Notes under the pieces: generated by a model | Database searches by the model: none | Told to the model about the DNA's origin: nothing | What the model saw: the letters and a program-made list of their open reading frames with translations, nothing else | Translations under genes and position numbers: made by a program | In this document: positions 24,201-38,228 of the stretch, piece after piece | How positions within the stretch are numbered: the stretch's first letter is position 1 | Layout of the letters: each line of letters begins with the position of its first letter | Assembly: GCA_963924565.1 (NCBI GenBank) | Contig: OZ004611.1 | Span: forward strand, 21,018,001 to 21,082,000 | Direction of reading: 5' to 3' | Length of the DNA stretch: 64,000 bases | Origin: Ascidiella aspersa | Taxonomy: Eukaryota

Positions 24201-27200
24201 AAAATGCGTTTAAAGCTCCAGGCTGTTTTTGTTAAACACGAGGCACCTGAAAATCATAAAGCATTTCTGTTAATTGCACCCAGACTTGGCACGAGTGTCG
24301 CAAATTTTTGTTCATCGGCTTAGTACAGTTACAAGCCTTAGAGTGAGCTTTAAAGGCCCCCTGCCAGCAATTCATGAAAAATGTAGAATAGGTTTCATAA
24401 AAGATCACACCGCCTTTGCAAATTAAACCATCAGGGCATCGCATGAAAGTAGTTACTGAAAGTCATTAGAACACAGTTGTTTTAAACTTCAAACAAGTAT
24501 CGCATCACGGTAGCTTGTAAAAAAACTTGCTGCACTTAGTCGGCCTACCAAGTACTTGCACGCAAGCTTATCAGAGAAATAAGTCAAAAAGGGCATTTAC
24601 AGCATGGATTTTCGATGTTATCTAAGCAGCAGCGAAACCCAAGCCAAATGGTAGTTTCGCTATCGATGCGATGCCAAACTGATAAAAGGTATTGTATCAG
24701 TGCTTTTTGATCAAGGGCAACGTTTTATGCGTTAAAAATATTAATTTAGGAAAATAGTGATTGACAAATCGAGAACATTAACCATAAAGAAAATTTGACC
24801 TCAATATTCTGAAAAATGTTATATTTTTACGTTTAATTTTATTGATTTTCCTCTTTTACCTTTTGTGAAAATGACATTTGTATTTTTTCCGAAATGTCTT
24901 GTATCAGGGTCGAAAAATGTAAAAAATATCCAAAATTGTTTACCGGATCAAATTTCTGCAACATTGATTTACAGTTCCGTTTAAGTAATCCCGGAATGTG
25001 ACCTTTGATGCAGTTGCCTGTAAAGACCTGTCCACTCTCTTTGTAGTAATAGCGCAGTAACATGAGCGTGGCAATCGCGTACCAACACTTGTACTCGTAC
25101 AGATGGCGTTAAGTGCTGCTTCGCCCATATTCCGAGGCTATCTGTCAGAGATCGATGTTAGATGGCCGGTAACCGCTGGGAGCGTTGATGATCGAACGCC
25201 AGAGGAACGGGGCTTGGCGCCGGCCAAGAACAATGACCTTGGCTTACACAAGCACAACAGGTACACTTTGAGCTTGTTATAGCCGTAAGGCAGTGCTTCT
25301 CAACCTATCGGTCGCGACCCCAAATTGGGTCGCTGTTTGATTTCGTTGGGTCGCTGACTGCAGCAATTCATATGTTTATACTAATTGAGATTGTTTCTGA
25401 GCAAGATTTCTCAATTAGGAAAATTTAGGAAGCAATACAAATAATGTATAGTTATTAGAATTCAAAATTCTTTATGCTAATGCCTAGTTTTTTTCGCTTA
25501 CAAGAAGCTATTTTTAGTTCGCTTACAAGAAAAACTGTTTGGTCGCCAAACCTTAGACATCATAGCGAAAAAGGGTTGAGAAACACTGCCGTAGGGCGTT
25601 GACCTGTACATTTTACTTAAAAGCTCGTAATGGCATTGTCTCTGTAGCGATGCCGATTTCTTCATACCGGATCGTAGAAATGCGAAGTACCAAACTCGAA
25701 AACTGTAAAATTTATGCCTTATTGCTATTTGTAAAAATAGTATGCTGCATGCTTACAAAAAAAATATGTACCTAATGAACCTGGTAAAAACTGAATCAAA
25801 CATTTATTTTAAAAGATGATTTTGGTAGATTTTTGAATGTTGTGGTTCATTGTTGAATTGTAATTATATCTTTTCTGTTATGGTTTATCTATTTCAGAAA
25901 TGCAATTCGCAAATCGAGGTTTGATTCCCTCGATAGCTACCTTTCAAAAACTTCTGCGGAATTTAACGACATTAATTTTAAAATCGACGAAGACGCAAAG
26001 AAAATGCTGATTGATGCAGGTTTCATTTTAATTCTATCTTGTCTGTAATATTTTACCGAGTTATGCATGCCGAAGAAGTCTCAGTACCAACCAAGAAACG
26101 TACTATACAATTCAACGTAACAAAGCATAGTAGTTGACTTCGTTGACTGATATAAGTTTAAAAGCTTTTCCTAAATGAGTTTAATTTTTAGTCAAGGCCT
26201 AAACTATGTGACTATTAGATAGTTTCTTTAAATGTTGTACATTTTCTTTAAGTGTTTGTACATTTTTTTTTTGACCTGTGTTAATATTTAATGGACTCCT
26301 AAGTTTGTCTGAAGATTTGTATGGCGAAGAAAATAGTTACATTTTGAAGTTAAACTTCTTCAAATATCTAACTCTTGTTTTGTAACTTTTTCAAAGCTTG
26401 ACTTTACGTTTGCAGACTGGATAAACTGACCAAAATTTTAAATATTCTACAAAGACCCATGTTGTATTTCTATCGTTAAATATTACTGACCTTTTTATTA
26501 TTATATTATATATTAGGTATTGTCTTCATCATCTTTTGTTAAGGCATCGACGAACCATTGGCACAACATTTGGGGCATTTGTGGATCCGTGACCCTCTGA
26601 CCTTATTCTCTAAGAAAATTGAATTGGACGATGAAAACGAAACGTATCATTTCGAGGTAGTTAGATAGCTAACTTCTTTGCACGTAGTATTGTTTGTTTC
26701 AATAAATTAAAATTGCATTCTGATTTACCAATTAGTTGCAAATCAAATATGGTGTGTTAAGTTTATCAAACCATGCAAACATCGCCAGTAACAATTTTGA
26801 GACATTGTCCGTTTTAAAGGTTTATGCAAAGGATTCGTGTATAATTTGAGTGATACCTGTTGCAAGTATTTTTTAAGCTTGATCTCCGTAGAGTTAGAAA
26901 TACATTTTAGTTAAAGCAACCGAGACAAGAAGTGGGATTAAACAAACATCACAATTCGATGGGTTTAAAAAGTAATTTGTTTGTATCTACGCAACAACAA
27001 AGCAACGTTTCGCCCGATGATCACATGTTTCGCCCGGTCTATTAACTGTTAAAATATGTACTAGCGGTTTAAGAATCTAACCTTCTCGTTACAGAACATT
27101 CAATCGACCAACTGGCAGTCGCTGCGTTTTAAGCCTCCACCGCCGCGCTCAGACATTGGCTGGCGAATCGAATTCCGCGTCATGGAATCTCAGTTGACCG

Positions 27201-30200
27201 ACTTCGAGAGCGCCGCTTTGGTGGTCTTCGTCGTTCTGTTGACCAGGACCATTCTAACGTTTAAGCTCGACTTTCTCATACCCATGTCGCTGGTAGGAAC
27301 ACCCTTCGTTAACCACCCATATACTTTACGTGGAAGAAGAATAAACACATTTAGCAGTTACAAAATAGTAAAATAGACTTAGGATTAAATTACTGTTTTT
27401 GGAGAAGTGATAAACGGTTGTCCCAGAATCGGATCTGTAATTTTAAGATTTGTTGTTTTTTTCTGAAGCGACGTCACAACACTATAAATAACAACCGGTG
27501 CCAGTTTGAACAAAATCGTCAAAAATACAATACTACAAGTTACTATATAATTTACAACTAAAATTTTGTAACTTTTTATTGGGGACACATTTTTAATGCA
27601 GCTTGCTAAGTTGTATATTGTGTTATAATATGGTCACATTTAGAGACAATAAGTATATTCACACAATGTACTGTCAACTGTTACATAACAGTAGTTGTGG
27701 GAGAAATTGCTTGGTGCATTGAACGAATTGCTTGGTGCACTAAACACGCGGATGCCTAGTGTATGGGAAATTAGTCATTCGATAAAGGACGTGTCGAATA
27801 ACAAAACAGGAAAACACGAGTTCCGAAAAAATTAAGCTAGAGCGTGTATCGCGCGATCGCGTGTGTAGGCAATTGACTGCGTCTAACATAGGCCGCGCAG
27901 TTCGTAGACATACGCCACCCTATTGCAACTAACGACAATGCTTTGAAATAAAACATTTATGTGAGAAAACTGTTGTTATGCAACACAATTAATTAAAATT
28001 CGTTGAAGATATATAATCACAGATAAACATTTATTTTTCCATCTATATTTAAAATTGCATGTAGAATACGTCTGCAAAATTCACAAATGGATGTATAGCA
28101 TATACATATAAACCTTTTTAGTAAGGTCAAGACAATCAGTAATAATTTAAAATTTAATACCAAAATTGGATAAAGCAGTATAATTCGACCAAATAGTCCA
28201 GTAGCACAGCAGAAGCAACCAATGTTTCCCAACAATAAAACAAAAAAGCTATACTTCGTTTAAAATCGTCCACAAAATGCACGTTTCTCAGAAGGCTCGG
28301 CTTGAGAACTTCAACTTCGATGTTTAACCTCAGTATAGTATAGTATAGTATAGTATCATTGGTTGAACGATCGCAAATAACCATCGGCGCCTTTTGTCGT
28401 TGTCTTTAGGTGGAGGAAAACATGAGACGCGCCCAAAAGAACAACGCCGTCAACAGGGAGAAGTTCCACTTTCGCGAGAATGTCTTTGGCGCCACAGAAA
28501 AATCAAGGCAATCGGACCACATGGAAGTGAACGGCGGTGGGTTCACGACCCGATTGCATAGAGTTCTTAGTTTAAAGTCCGACAGTTTGTACTGTTCGAA
28601 ACACGGTTCATCTTCCAGTAGTATTGATCAGTTATTTTCAACCGTATGTATTGTACACCCTAGGGCAGTGGTCGGCAAACTTTTTTTGTCGCTGCCCAAA
28701 GTCTTTTTAGAATTATTAAAGGCCCACCACGTAAAACTACGAAATCAGTGGCGGATTCAGGATATTTGATTTTATGTTGAAGCCTTTATGCCCAAATCAA
28801 CGCCATGCCATAATGTAAAACATAATATAAAGAAGAATATTCGAAAAACATTGCGTTTACATCAAGTTGAGGTTGGCAAAAAAATATATTTTGACAGACT
28901 TTCAGGACACATTTAGCACTTGGGCTTTTCCAAGCTGAACCAATTTTAGAATGATATGCCACACCAACCTTTAAAATAAAGTGCAATGATTGTACGGCTC
29001 TCACGCGGCCCACAACTACATTATAACACTAAGCTATTCAAAACTCCCGGCACACTAAAAATGGCTCTGCGGCCCACATTTGGGCCGCGGCCCACAGTTT
29101 GCCGACCAATGCCCCAGGGTGTACCAGAATTGTTAAAAGGGTGTACCACAATAACGGGGTGTACTGGGGTGTGCAAGATACCTCAAAACAGTAAGCCTAT
29201 GATGAAGTATCACAATAAATAAACAGGTTTATGACCAGACTGAATGGAGTTACAATACATGGCACAACATGTATTTAAGCGTACGAAGCTTTGAAGATAC
29301 TATATTATATTTGTGACATCATAACCAAATATTTCTCTTGATGTATCAGTATTGTGGGGTACTAACTAGTTCTTCATAACGGTTAATAATAGTTTAACTT
29401 TAGCAGGTGTATGACTGTATATCTCCAGTCAAATCTTATTGTTTTGTACGCCCTTATATTTTTCGCATTGAAATCAAAAGCGTTGGTTTCGACGGACTTT
29501 TGAGCTGTGTTTCGTTAAATCTTTGTCAGATAATTTTCTGGTTCGATAGTGCAACCCATTTTTTAAAGAATTGCTTTAGATCACAAAACAAGACGATTGG
29601 TTGCGGAAATATTTGAGTTTAATTTGAAAATCTACGTCAGTTTCGGACTCTTTTACCTACGGCTTATCTGTACAGTTCTTAAAGTCAACCTAAACATTTT
29701 GCTTAATGACATGGATCTAATAATAGGGCAGGCTGTATTTTAAAGTTTCCACATGAAAGAAAACAGCGATGCGTTTGCAGACTATAAGTGTTATATTATA
29801 CGCTTTTAGTAACTCGATGTCGATAGTTGTTGATAGCGTTTGAAATGAAATGCATCATATTTCCTTAGTCCGCTCTAGATATTTAGTAAAGATCTCGGGG
29901 CGGATGGTTGTGGCCAATTTGGCATCATTGCAATTGCATCTCGAAACAATTGGACAATTGGGCATTCTTTAATGTGTTAAAAATGACATCGACCATTTCG
30001 TTAGTTTTTAATCGCAACCTGTTCTTATGCTTTGTTCACAACGTGTCGACACATACTAATACAATGACGTTAACATACTAGGTGCGGACAAAAAACATTG
30101 GATTTTACTATACTTTAGAACAGTGCTTGTTAAACTTTTTGAGTTTTGGTAACCCCTAACATCTTTCTCCAGATTTCATTCACACATGTCTCGTCATATG

Positions 30201-32186
30201 ATAAAATCTCGTCTATATATAGCAGCACAAAATGAACACCCGGAATATCCGCCCTGCTCGCAAGCTATCATCCATTTCTGACGGTTCACCCATATTCACC
30301 CCTCTTGGTTGGTTCACCCCTGCAAAAATCTTATTCACCCTGGGGTGAACCATTCACCTGGTTAAGAAACACTGCTTTATAACACAGGTTAACTTGGAAG
30401 ACAGAATGCTAGTTTCTACGGCAACTGTCAGTCCACCATATGAATAAAAATAAATTAAAATTACCCAAAATAAATTTTACAGCCATCAGGTCAATCTTAA
30501 GGTACAATGTTTAACAAAAAATATTGTGTGTTGTTTGTTTTTAGATGACTTTTCAGCTACTAGCAACAAACCCGCCACATACCAGGAGATGTCAGTCAAC
30601 ACTATCATTAACGGAAAGGTAAGAGATTTTGTTGTCTTTTTTGTCCTATAAGAGTGTTGTTCAAGCATTGTGGTGGCGATAATAATATGAGTTAAATTCA
30701 ATTTAGCCGTCTGTTTTAAAAACAGGGTATAAACGCTACAAAAAACATGCAATAAATAAAAATATCGTTCTAAAGTCTAAACCATTTTTTCCTATAGGGC
30801 AGCCAAATATTTTGCTGCAAAGATAAATCTAGACAACTTGGCCAAGTGTTTTGCCGAAAAGACTACACAACTACAACATAGGGCATATGTATCCCATCCT
30901 AACTCTACAATCTACATCAATGTTTTTAAATGTTATTTACACATATGGCGACAGTCGCTTTATATTTCGGTGACGATATTTTTTGGTTCAGGCCGAAGTG
31001 TTTCCTGGATTTATTCCCCTTATTCAACGATACCTTGACAGCGTCGAAATCGAGGTTTCGGCAAGATGTAGAATTTCCAAGTACCTCAAACTTATCAGCA
31101 AAAGGGCCTCTGGTATATATAATGTGAAAGTTGTTGTCGATGTGTATAGAACGTTTTATTTCTAAACGGGCGCCGCAAAAATATTACCAAGCTAGACAAA
31201 AAAAAACAATTTTTGTTCTTCTATTTTACTGTTTACTTCTGTTGTTTAAAACATTGAAAGAATGAAAGTCCTTGCGACTAAACAATCGTACACACCAAAT
31301 AATTTAAAAATGAAAATAAAATATTTAAACTGGGTTCCGTGGACCAATTGGTGGTACGTCGACTGGATTTAGGGTTCTATGAAGGCGTCATGAATCTATA
31401 TGCATTACGTTATACACAGTAACAAAATTTCCAAAATATAACATTTTAAAAATACCCTTTGGCCTCTAATTGCTCTAATATAGACTTAACTTCTTCTGTT
31501 GCATATTTGGGCAGAAGTTCTGTTAAAAACATCAGGGTAGTGGAGTAATTTTTTAGTCCCCGCAAAGCAAAAAAACAGTAGCCTCTGTGGAAAAACCTGT
31601 GTTAAACGAACTTTTAACTAAGTGCGACTCTTTTCATAAGGAACGTAAACTCAAATTGCAAGCTATATAACATGCACATATGTTAAGATGTGAAGTGGTT
31701 TAATTCCAACACTGACTGTTACGTGTTTATTAACACTTAAACACCTAAATTAATTAATTGTCATAAGCCAAATCTTAGAGTTCATTAAGTTATTTTACGA
31801 TGTGATAAATAGGGTTTTAGATAACGCGTTTCAGCTTTCGTTTGCCAAATATGTTCTTCAGTTACATAATATCATATTTGATGATGTAAAGTTTTCCGTA
31901 TTTTTGTGTATAATATTCTTGTGTTTTCCTGCGTCAGTTCGCCTCGTTTCTTCAAACTTGACACTGACCTTAACCATTACCAGGTGAGCTGATGAACACC
32001 GCGCAGTGGATGCGACATTTCGTGACGTCACACCCGGAATACGAGCGCGATTCTGTCGTCACAGACTCGATCGCGTACGACCTCTTGCGGAGGATGGATC
32101 GCATCGAACAGGGCGAAGTCGTTTGTCAAGAACTTTTCGGGTCGCTCAGGCCTAACAACCATGACTTGATCGACAACAGCTCATGA
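18271..32186 (+). CDS. GCLC: Glutamate-cysteine ligase catalytic subunit (gamma-glutamylcysteine synthetase), 15 coding exons, about 647 aa
   Basis: Exons: 18271-18423, 18674-18783, 19905-20021, 20549-20614, 21586-21702, 22266-22324, 23008-23213, 25103-25260, 25898-26019, 26544-26656, 27095-27292, 28410-28536, 30545-30618, 30992-31112, 31984-32186. All introns are GT-AG and phase-consistent (1944 nt). Signature motifs: [68 protein letters not shown]. Confidence 0.97.
23724..23832. repeat. Imperfect inverted repeat (foldback/MITE remnant) in GCLC intron 7
   Basis: aaatcagtcagcctaatcgggattgtagtgcaag pairs with cttgcactacaatcctgatcaggctgaatgattt. Confidence 0.75.
25291..25588. mobile_element. 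hAT-type MITE in GCLC intron 8
   Basis: TIRs CAGTGCTTCTCAACC / GGTTGAGAAACACTG; TSD CCGTAAGG / CCGTAGGG. Confidence 0.8.
28666..29111. mobile_element. hAT-type MITE in GCLC intron 12
   Basis: TIRs CAGTGGTCGGCAAAC / GTTTGCCGACCAATG; TSD CCCTAGGG / CCCCAGGG; similar to 12731-13159. Confidence 0.85.
30121..30374. mobile_element. hAT-type MITE
   Basis: TIRs CAGTGCTTGTTAAAC / GGTTAAGAAACACTG; TSD CTTTAGAA / CTTTATAA. Confidence 0.7.
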
Positions 32187-32687
32187 GGCGGACGCGGTCC
32201 CTCCGTGTCAAGTCATTCGTAAATAACTTAAATCTAAGTCAAGCAATTTTTAACAAATCAAGTCAATTCATAATAATGGCAAGTCAATTCCAAGTCAAGT
32301 ATTTGTTATAAATATTAAACCTTAAACTATTGTACTAAAATTGTGTAACGAGCCCAATAACGAGGAATCACTCAACTAAACAAAATAGCAATAACGCAGC
32401 GTATATCAAGCTAATTGTTTGAAGTAGAAAAATTAAGATGTGTAATTCAATTTTATAATATAAAATGCTTCATGAAAACACTTAATTTTAACCTAAGTCA
32501 TTTGTCAGAAAGACTTAAGTTAGGTCAAGTCATTTACCCAAAAGACTTAAGTCAAGTCATCCTTCCCAATTTACTCAAGTCAAGTCATTTGAATTCAGTG
32601 ACTCAACTGGGCGGACTCATAGCGTCTGAACTCATTGCTTTATGTTTATTCCTGCGACCAAGTCCATCTGAAGTACTGTATCTAAAC

Positions 32688-33018
32688 CAGCGGTTCTCAA
32701 CCAGTGGGCCATGGCTCACCATTTGAGGTGGACCACAGACCAATTTAAGAAAGCTAGATTTAGTTTCATTTGTGTCACTATTTTTAATTTTACAGGAATT
32801 ATGGCTTGGGGAGGAATTAAAAAAGGATTATTAATTTATTGTTCAGCCACAAGTATCTCACAAATGCACGGTTGAATTAATAATCAGTTTTGAAATATGT
32901 TCTGCTGTGTTTTGTTCTAAACCTATTTTACAATTTTTTCTTTTAGCAAACTATTGGGCCACAGAATTTTTTTGCAGCGTAAATGGGCCACGAAAGAAAA
33001 AAAGGTTAAGAACCACTG
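32688..33018. mobile_element. hAT-type MITE
   Basis: TIRs CAGCGGTTCTCAACC / GGTTAAGAACCACTG; perfect TSD ATCTAAAC. Confidence 0.85.
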
Positions 33019-33499
33019 ATCTAAACCAACCATAACTGCGCTTTTTGGTACACTTATTTCTCGAATTCGCACTTTATCGCAAACTACCTGCTACGAATGT
33101 TTATTTCTCAGAATGTATGTTGTGTACTTTCCCTATTCGCCTGGTTGATCGTGCATCTTTGCATTGCCATTATTTATTAAATCACGCAACACCCATGGCG
33201 TTTGGGTATTTATTTTACCAGATTTGGGGAAAATGACAAAAACGCCCTTCATTTTTTAATATACGTTTGTCTGCAGTTAAAACATTATTAAATTTGCGTT
33301 AAATTCACCCTTCCCACAGAACGCTTTTCGTTACTATTGTCTCATTTAAGTGATACAAGTTTAAATTAGGAATGTCAAACCTAAAAAGCTCTCATTTAAT
33401 CTTATGTTCTCAGCAATCCTAAATATTTCGTGGTCGTGTTTGTTTCGTACAGGGGTTCTTAAACATTTTGAGCCCCGCTCCCCTTTACACAATTTATAC

Positions 33500-34066
33500 C
33501 AGGGAGTCGAACCGGACCCGACCCGGAACTTTATGAACCGGTTTTGGTCCAATTTTTTACGAACCGTAACCGAACCTGAACCGGGTTTTTTTTAACGATT
33601 TTAAAAATCCGAACCGGAACTGAACCGAATTTTGAAAGAAAATGAACCTTAACCGAACCCGAACCTGTTAACAAAAGCGAATCACTCCAGCATGACGTCA
33701 CAACTTGTATTTTTAAGACTCAAGTTAAGCCATGTTTAAAGTTTTATGAACAAATTTAAATATTGATTAAAAAACGTTGATTTTTTGTAGATATTTAAAT
33801 AATGAGTTGCTGTTTTTTAATACGTCACGTAACTTTGATTAAATGACTTACTATTCAAAGATTATTCTCCACATTTTTAGATTTAACGCAACTTAGGCCT
33901 ATATAATATCCGAACCGGAACTTTATGAACCGGTTTTGGAATAACGATGGTCGAACCGGAGCTTAACCGGAACTTTTAAATTGCTCCGAACCGAAACCGT
34001 AACTGAACCGTATTCCGTAAAAATCCTTGAACTTGAACTGGAAAAGTCGAACGGTTCGACTCCCTG
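33500..34066. mobile_element. GAACCG-rich MITE nested within an outer element (33450-34709)
   Basis: Perfect TIR CAGGGAGTCGAACCG; perfect TSD ATTTATAC; many sub-terminal GAACCG hexamers. Confidence 0.9.
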
Positions 34067-35548
34067 ATTTATACCCACCCCCTTTACGAGTAAAAGAATG
34101 TTTTATACCCACAAAATCCATGTGCTTTCACTCTTATTTTACAGCATGAAACTCTTCACAGATGACGTCACAAAACATGAAGTCACAACAAGACTATCTA
34201 AAACACGTGTAGGCCTACTCAATCTAATGGACGCAAAACACATGATGGGCACATTAAAGAGCTTCGCATATTGCTCTGTATTATTGCATTTGATAATTTA
34301 GTAGAGATTGCAAACCTAGAGTATGATTTCAAACGGCGCATTTGGTCTGAGTAAAGTTGAATGTATATAGTAAAATTTGGCAAAAAATATATATTAATAG
34401 GACATGGTCTGGTGCAACCGCCTCGCAACCGCCTCGAAAACTTACCAATGTGACAACACCGTACTGTGTGTTAAGTAAGTAACCTGCCAAATTCTGGCCA
34501 CTGTAATTAATTGACCAGATAAATATTTAAAAAACAAACCGGAAAACAAGATTCGTGTAACTGCGGCGAATAACTTAAGTGATTGGCATGAAACAATGTG
34601 TTCCAGTCACAGTAAAAATTAAGTGTATTCTTAGTGAGTTCTTTGCCCCCTACTTTTTAACAAATTTACGCCCCCTATCGGTGGGTCGACCCCAGTTTAA
34701 GAACTCCTGCTTTAGCAGAAATAATTTACTAAACATTAAAATAATAAGATTGTATGTGGGGTTGTTATTTGAAATAAAATAGAAGCTGATATGCGATACC
34801 ATGAGGTAGTTTATTTACTCGTCTGATACTCGGCTAGCATCGTTACTGATACCCTTCTTTACTAAAGCGTGCTTTTCAACCTTGGCAATTTCTACCAGTC
34901 ATTTCGTGTATTATTTGTTTGCTTCAAGCATTTAACCGCCAATCACCCCTTAAGAAGAGGGCTGGATTCTCACTATCGCGTGCGTTAAACAAAATTATTT
35001 GGTGCGTAACATTTTTAGAAACAACATTGACTGTTTTTAAAGTACCTTTGTTATAGTATGGCGGTTACAAGTTGAAGTGTAATGAAATGCCTATACTGCC
35101 TTGCAGGTTTAATTACACCCCGAAATATACATTCGAACTTATTATAACCAAAACCTAGCGTCAATCCAATGAATTCAGAAAAAAACAAATAATAAATTAC
35201 TAGCAAAAAAGCATCAAAAATGCAGGGGCTATACAGCTATAATAACTGTCCATTTTCTTCCTTTCGATTAGTTAATGGCAAATAAACTTATCGAAAGAAA
35301 GTTTTAATGTCATTAAAAAAAAATTATTTACTTTTGTAAGGAGTCACCAGGCTCTATATTCGCCGGCCGAATAACTGTTGGGTTTTCCGATCATGGGCTT
35401 GGTATAAAATTATGTGACGAACTTGATTAACTTGAACATTATCTTTAACCAAAGAGAATAAATAACTATTTGACAAAACTGTAGTATAGACTAAGCTTTA
35501 TAAAATTGTCTTCGATTATTATAAAATTTTCCTAGAATTAAATGCAAT

Positions 35549-35814
35549 TAATAGATAAAAGATTCATTCTTTTATTAGCAAACGTTTCGGCAATTTATTT
35601 TGCCATCATCAGTGCAGTAAGTGAGACTAAGATAAAAACGAGTCACTATATATACGCTTGGACGTTTTAGAACGTTATATAAACAGAAAAGGAAGTCGCA
35701 AAGTAACGGAAACGTTTGCTAATAAAAGAATGAATCTTTTATCTATTATTTGGGCCACTCTCTTTCTACTGAAGATAATCAACAGATCCGTGTTTAGTGT
35801 TCCTAAATGCAATT
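35549..35814. mobile_element. Penelope-like element terminal (pLTR-type) remnant
   Basis: Perfect 40-bp inverted repeat at 35549-35588 / 35709-35748; hammerhead core followed by AATAAA; TAAATGCAATTA repeated at 35539 and 35803. Confidence 0.55.
35578..35615 (-). ncRNA. Minimal type I hammerhead ribozyme motif
   Basis: Minus strand reads GCA-CUGAUGA-U-GGCAA(AAUAAA)UUGCC-GAAAC-GUU-UGC. Both conserved core boxes are present, with a 5-bp stem II, a 3-bp stem I and palindromic AACGUU in place of stem III. Confidence 0.65.
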
Positions 35815-36096
35815 AGAATGGCATCCGACAATACTGTACTTCACTTCATTACGGCGATATTTCGTGGCCGGACCGCGGGCCGTAATTTGGTGACATCTGG
35901 TATAAATGGTAGTAAGTTTTACATAAGTCGAATACTAAAATGTTTTCGAAACATTTTGTCCTGCATCACTGCTCTATACAGTGTATACTCATTAAAGAAC
36001 AAGTTTACTTATTGGCGGTTTCATTGCTAATTACTTTTTGCATTGTATCGTAAGACTTAAATCAACACATTTCGACTTTATAAAGATGCTATTTTC

Positions 36097-36670
36097 CAGG
36101 GAGTCGAACCGGAACCGAACCGGAACTTTATGAACCGGTTTTGGGTCAATTTTTTCCGAACCGTAACCCAACCTGAACCGGTTTTTATAAGATTTTAAGG
36201 AGCCGAACCGGAACTGAACCGAATAATTTGAAAGTACCTGAACCTTAACCGAACCCGAACCTGTAAACAAAAGCGGTTCGCTCCAGCATGACGTCACAAC
36301 TTCTATTTTAGAGAGTCAAGTCACGCCATGTTCCAAATTTTATGAAAAAAATATGAATATTGAATGAAAAAATTGTTGATTGTTTAGTTTTTAGATATTT
36401 CAATATTGAGTTGCTGTTTTCTTAATAAGTCACGTAACTTAGACTAAATGACTTACAATTAAAATATTATTCTCTACATTTATCGACCCACATTTTGAGA
36501 TTTAACGCAAATTATATTGTATCTGAACCGGAACTTTATAAACCGGTTTTGAAATAACGATGGTTGAACCGGAGCTGAACCGGAATTTTTAAATTCCTCC
36601 GAACTGAAACCGGAACTGAACCGAATTCCAAAAAAATCCTTAAACCCGAACCGGAAAAGTCAGACGGTTG
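36097..36670. mobile_element. Second copy of the GAACCG-rich MITE (right TIR truncated)
   Basis: Colinear with 33500-34066; a more decayed copy lies in GCLC intron 4 (about 20800-21500). Confidence 0.85.
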
Positions 36671-38228
36671 CTATTTTATTGTAACAGCAAAGTCGGCTTC
36701 GGTCAAAAAAATTGATAATCGCACGGTCCTTCAGCAGACATAATGAAGAAGTGGTTTAGGAACAAGGCTAGACAATTTGCAGTCAGTTTGTGCCTTTATT
36801 TGCTTTGGTTTAACCCCAATTTTTGATTAGATAGATAATGCAGTTTAGCGATATAATTTATTTAATGAATATAGATTTGTCACGCGTAAGTTGTGTTCTT
36901 GTCTATTAGGTAATACACAATCTTTATCGCGCAATTTATTATCGTACAAAAGAAAAATTTGTAATCGCTATTGGGAAGAGTGCGTAAGATATACATGCCT
37001 ACAGAGGTAAAACTAATTCAAACATAGCATAATGGGAAAGTGATACAGGGGGAAATCCTGACAAACGTGTTCCCCTATGGGTGGTATATTTATTTGTCAA
37101 GCGCAATTAATTTTAACTGCTATTGCGACAACCGTCGTAAAACAAACAGCGGACTTTACCCTTTGGAATTGCGATTGCAATTCAACTACTTTCGCATTAA
37201 AGCGGTCAACCTCACTTAATAGGCATCAATCCTTCCAATTTCGACATTTGTGTAACGACGTCAATCTGCATGAACAAAAAAGCATAAATATATTACACAC
37301 ATAACAGTAAAAAAAGAATTAAAATAAGCCATGGTCTGTACAACGCAATGTCACAACAAAAGATTAAAACATCTCGCAAAAGTCGAAAATAATATATAAA
37401 TATTCTGCATATCTCGTTGATGTTTTTAAAGCTTTCGACTTTGAAGGCGTCATCACAACTACGAAACCATTACGGCTGCTAAAAATTATACACTCAATTT
37501 TATTCCTTAATTAAAGCAGATTTTTTGTTAGATTTGATAAAAAGTGCAATACTTATTTTTACGTATAGTCGCGTGGTCATTTACAAATATTTTTTATTAC
37601 ATTTACTCGTAGTATATCTCGCAAGTAACAAAGAGACTGTTTCACCATTGTATTACAAACATTTACGCAGTAAACACGCATAAGGTCAGCTGAATCACTT
37701 TCATTTTGAGCTGCGTTTGTTTAATGCGTGGTATACTTCAAACGCAGAGTTGAGTGAAGCGAAACTTAAATTTAGCCGACCACGACAGAAATTGTTCAAT
37801 TGTGTCAGGTGATGCAATAGGCATGAGCTAAAAAAACAATTGTAAGTTACGATGTAAACGGCTCACGTTCAAGAATTATACGTAGAAAAAAGTCAGTATT
37901 ATACAAAATAACACATTTAAATTATTTTGTTAGTCGAGTACGTATTACTCATTTAAGTATGCATTAATTTAATTTTACTTTCTTGGTCGGTTAAATTGCT
38001 TCTGCGAATAAGTTGTTCTCTAGTTGGTTTCTCCAACCAGTTGCGTTATTAGGGTGAAAAGCATCGTACCGGCATGGACACCTTATCACAAATGATTAGG
38101 GTCAACTATTAAATCAGTCTTGTCCGATTTTAATACTTGTAAGTCAGGGTTTTTCTTGACTTATCTGGAGGTTGTTTTGTTTTTCAAGAAGTAAAAATTC
38201 ACAGGGTTAACTTTAACCAGTAATAGTG

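Noticed and set aside
2297-32186. GCLC as a biosynthetic partner of the WYD precursors
   Set aside because: It is a housekeeping glutathione enzyme; adjacency alone in an animal genome is not evidence of a shared pathway.
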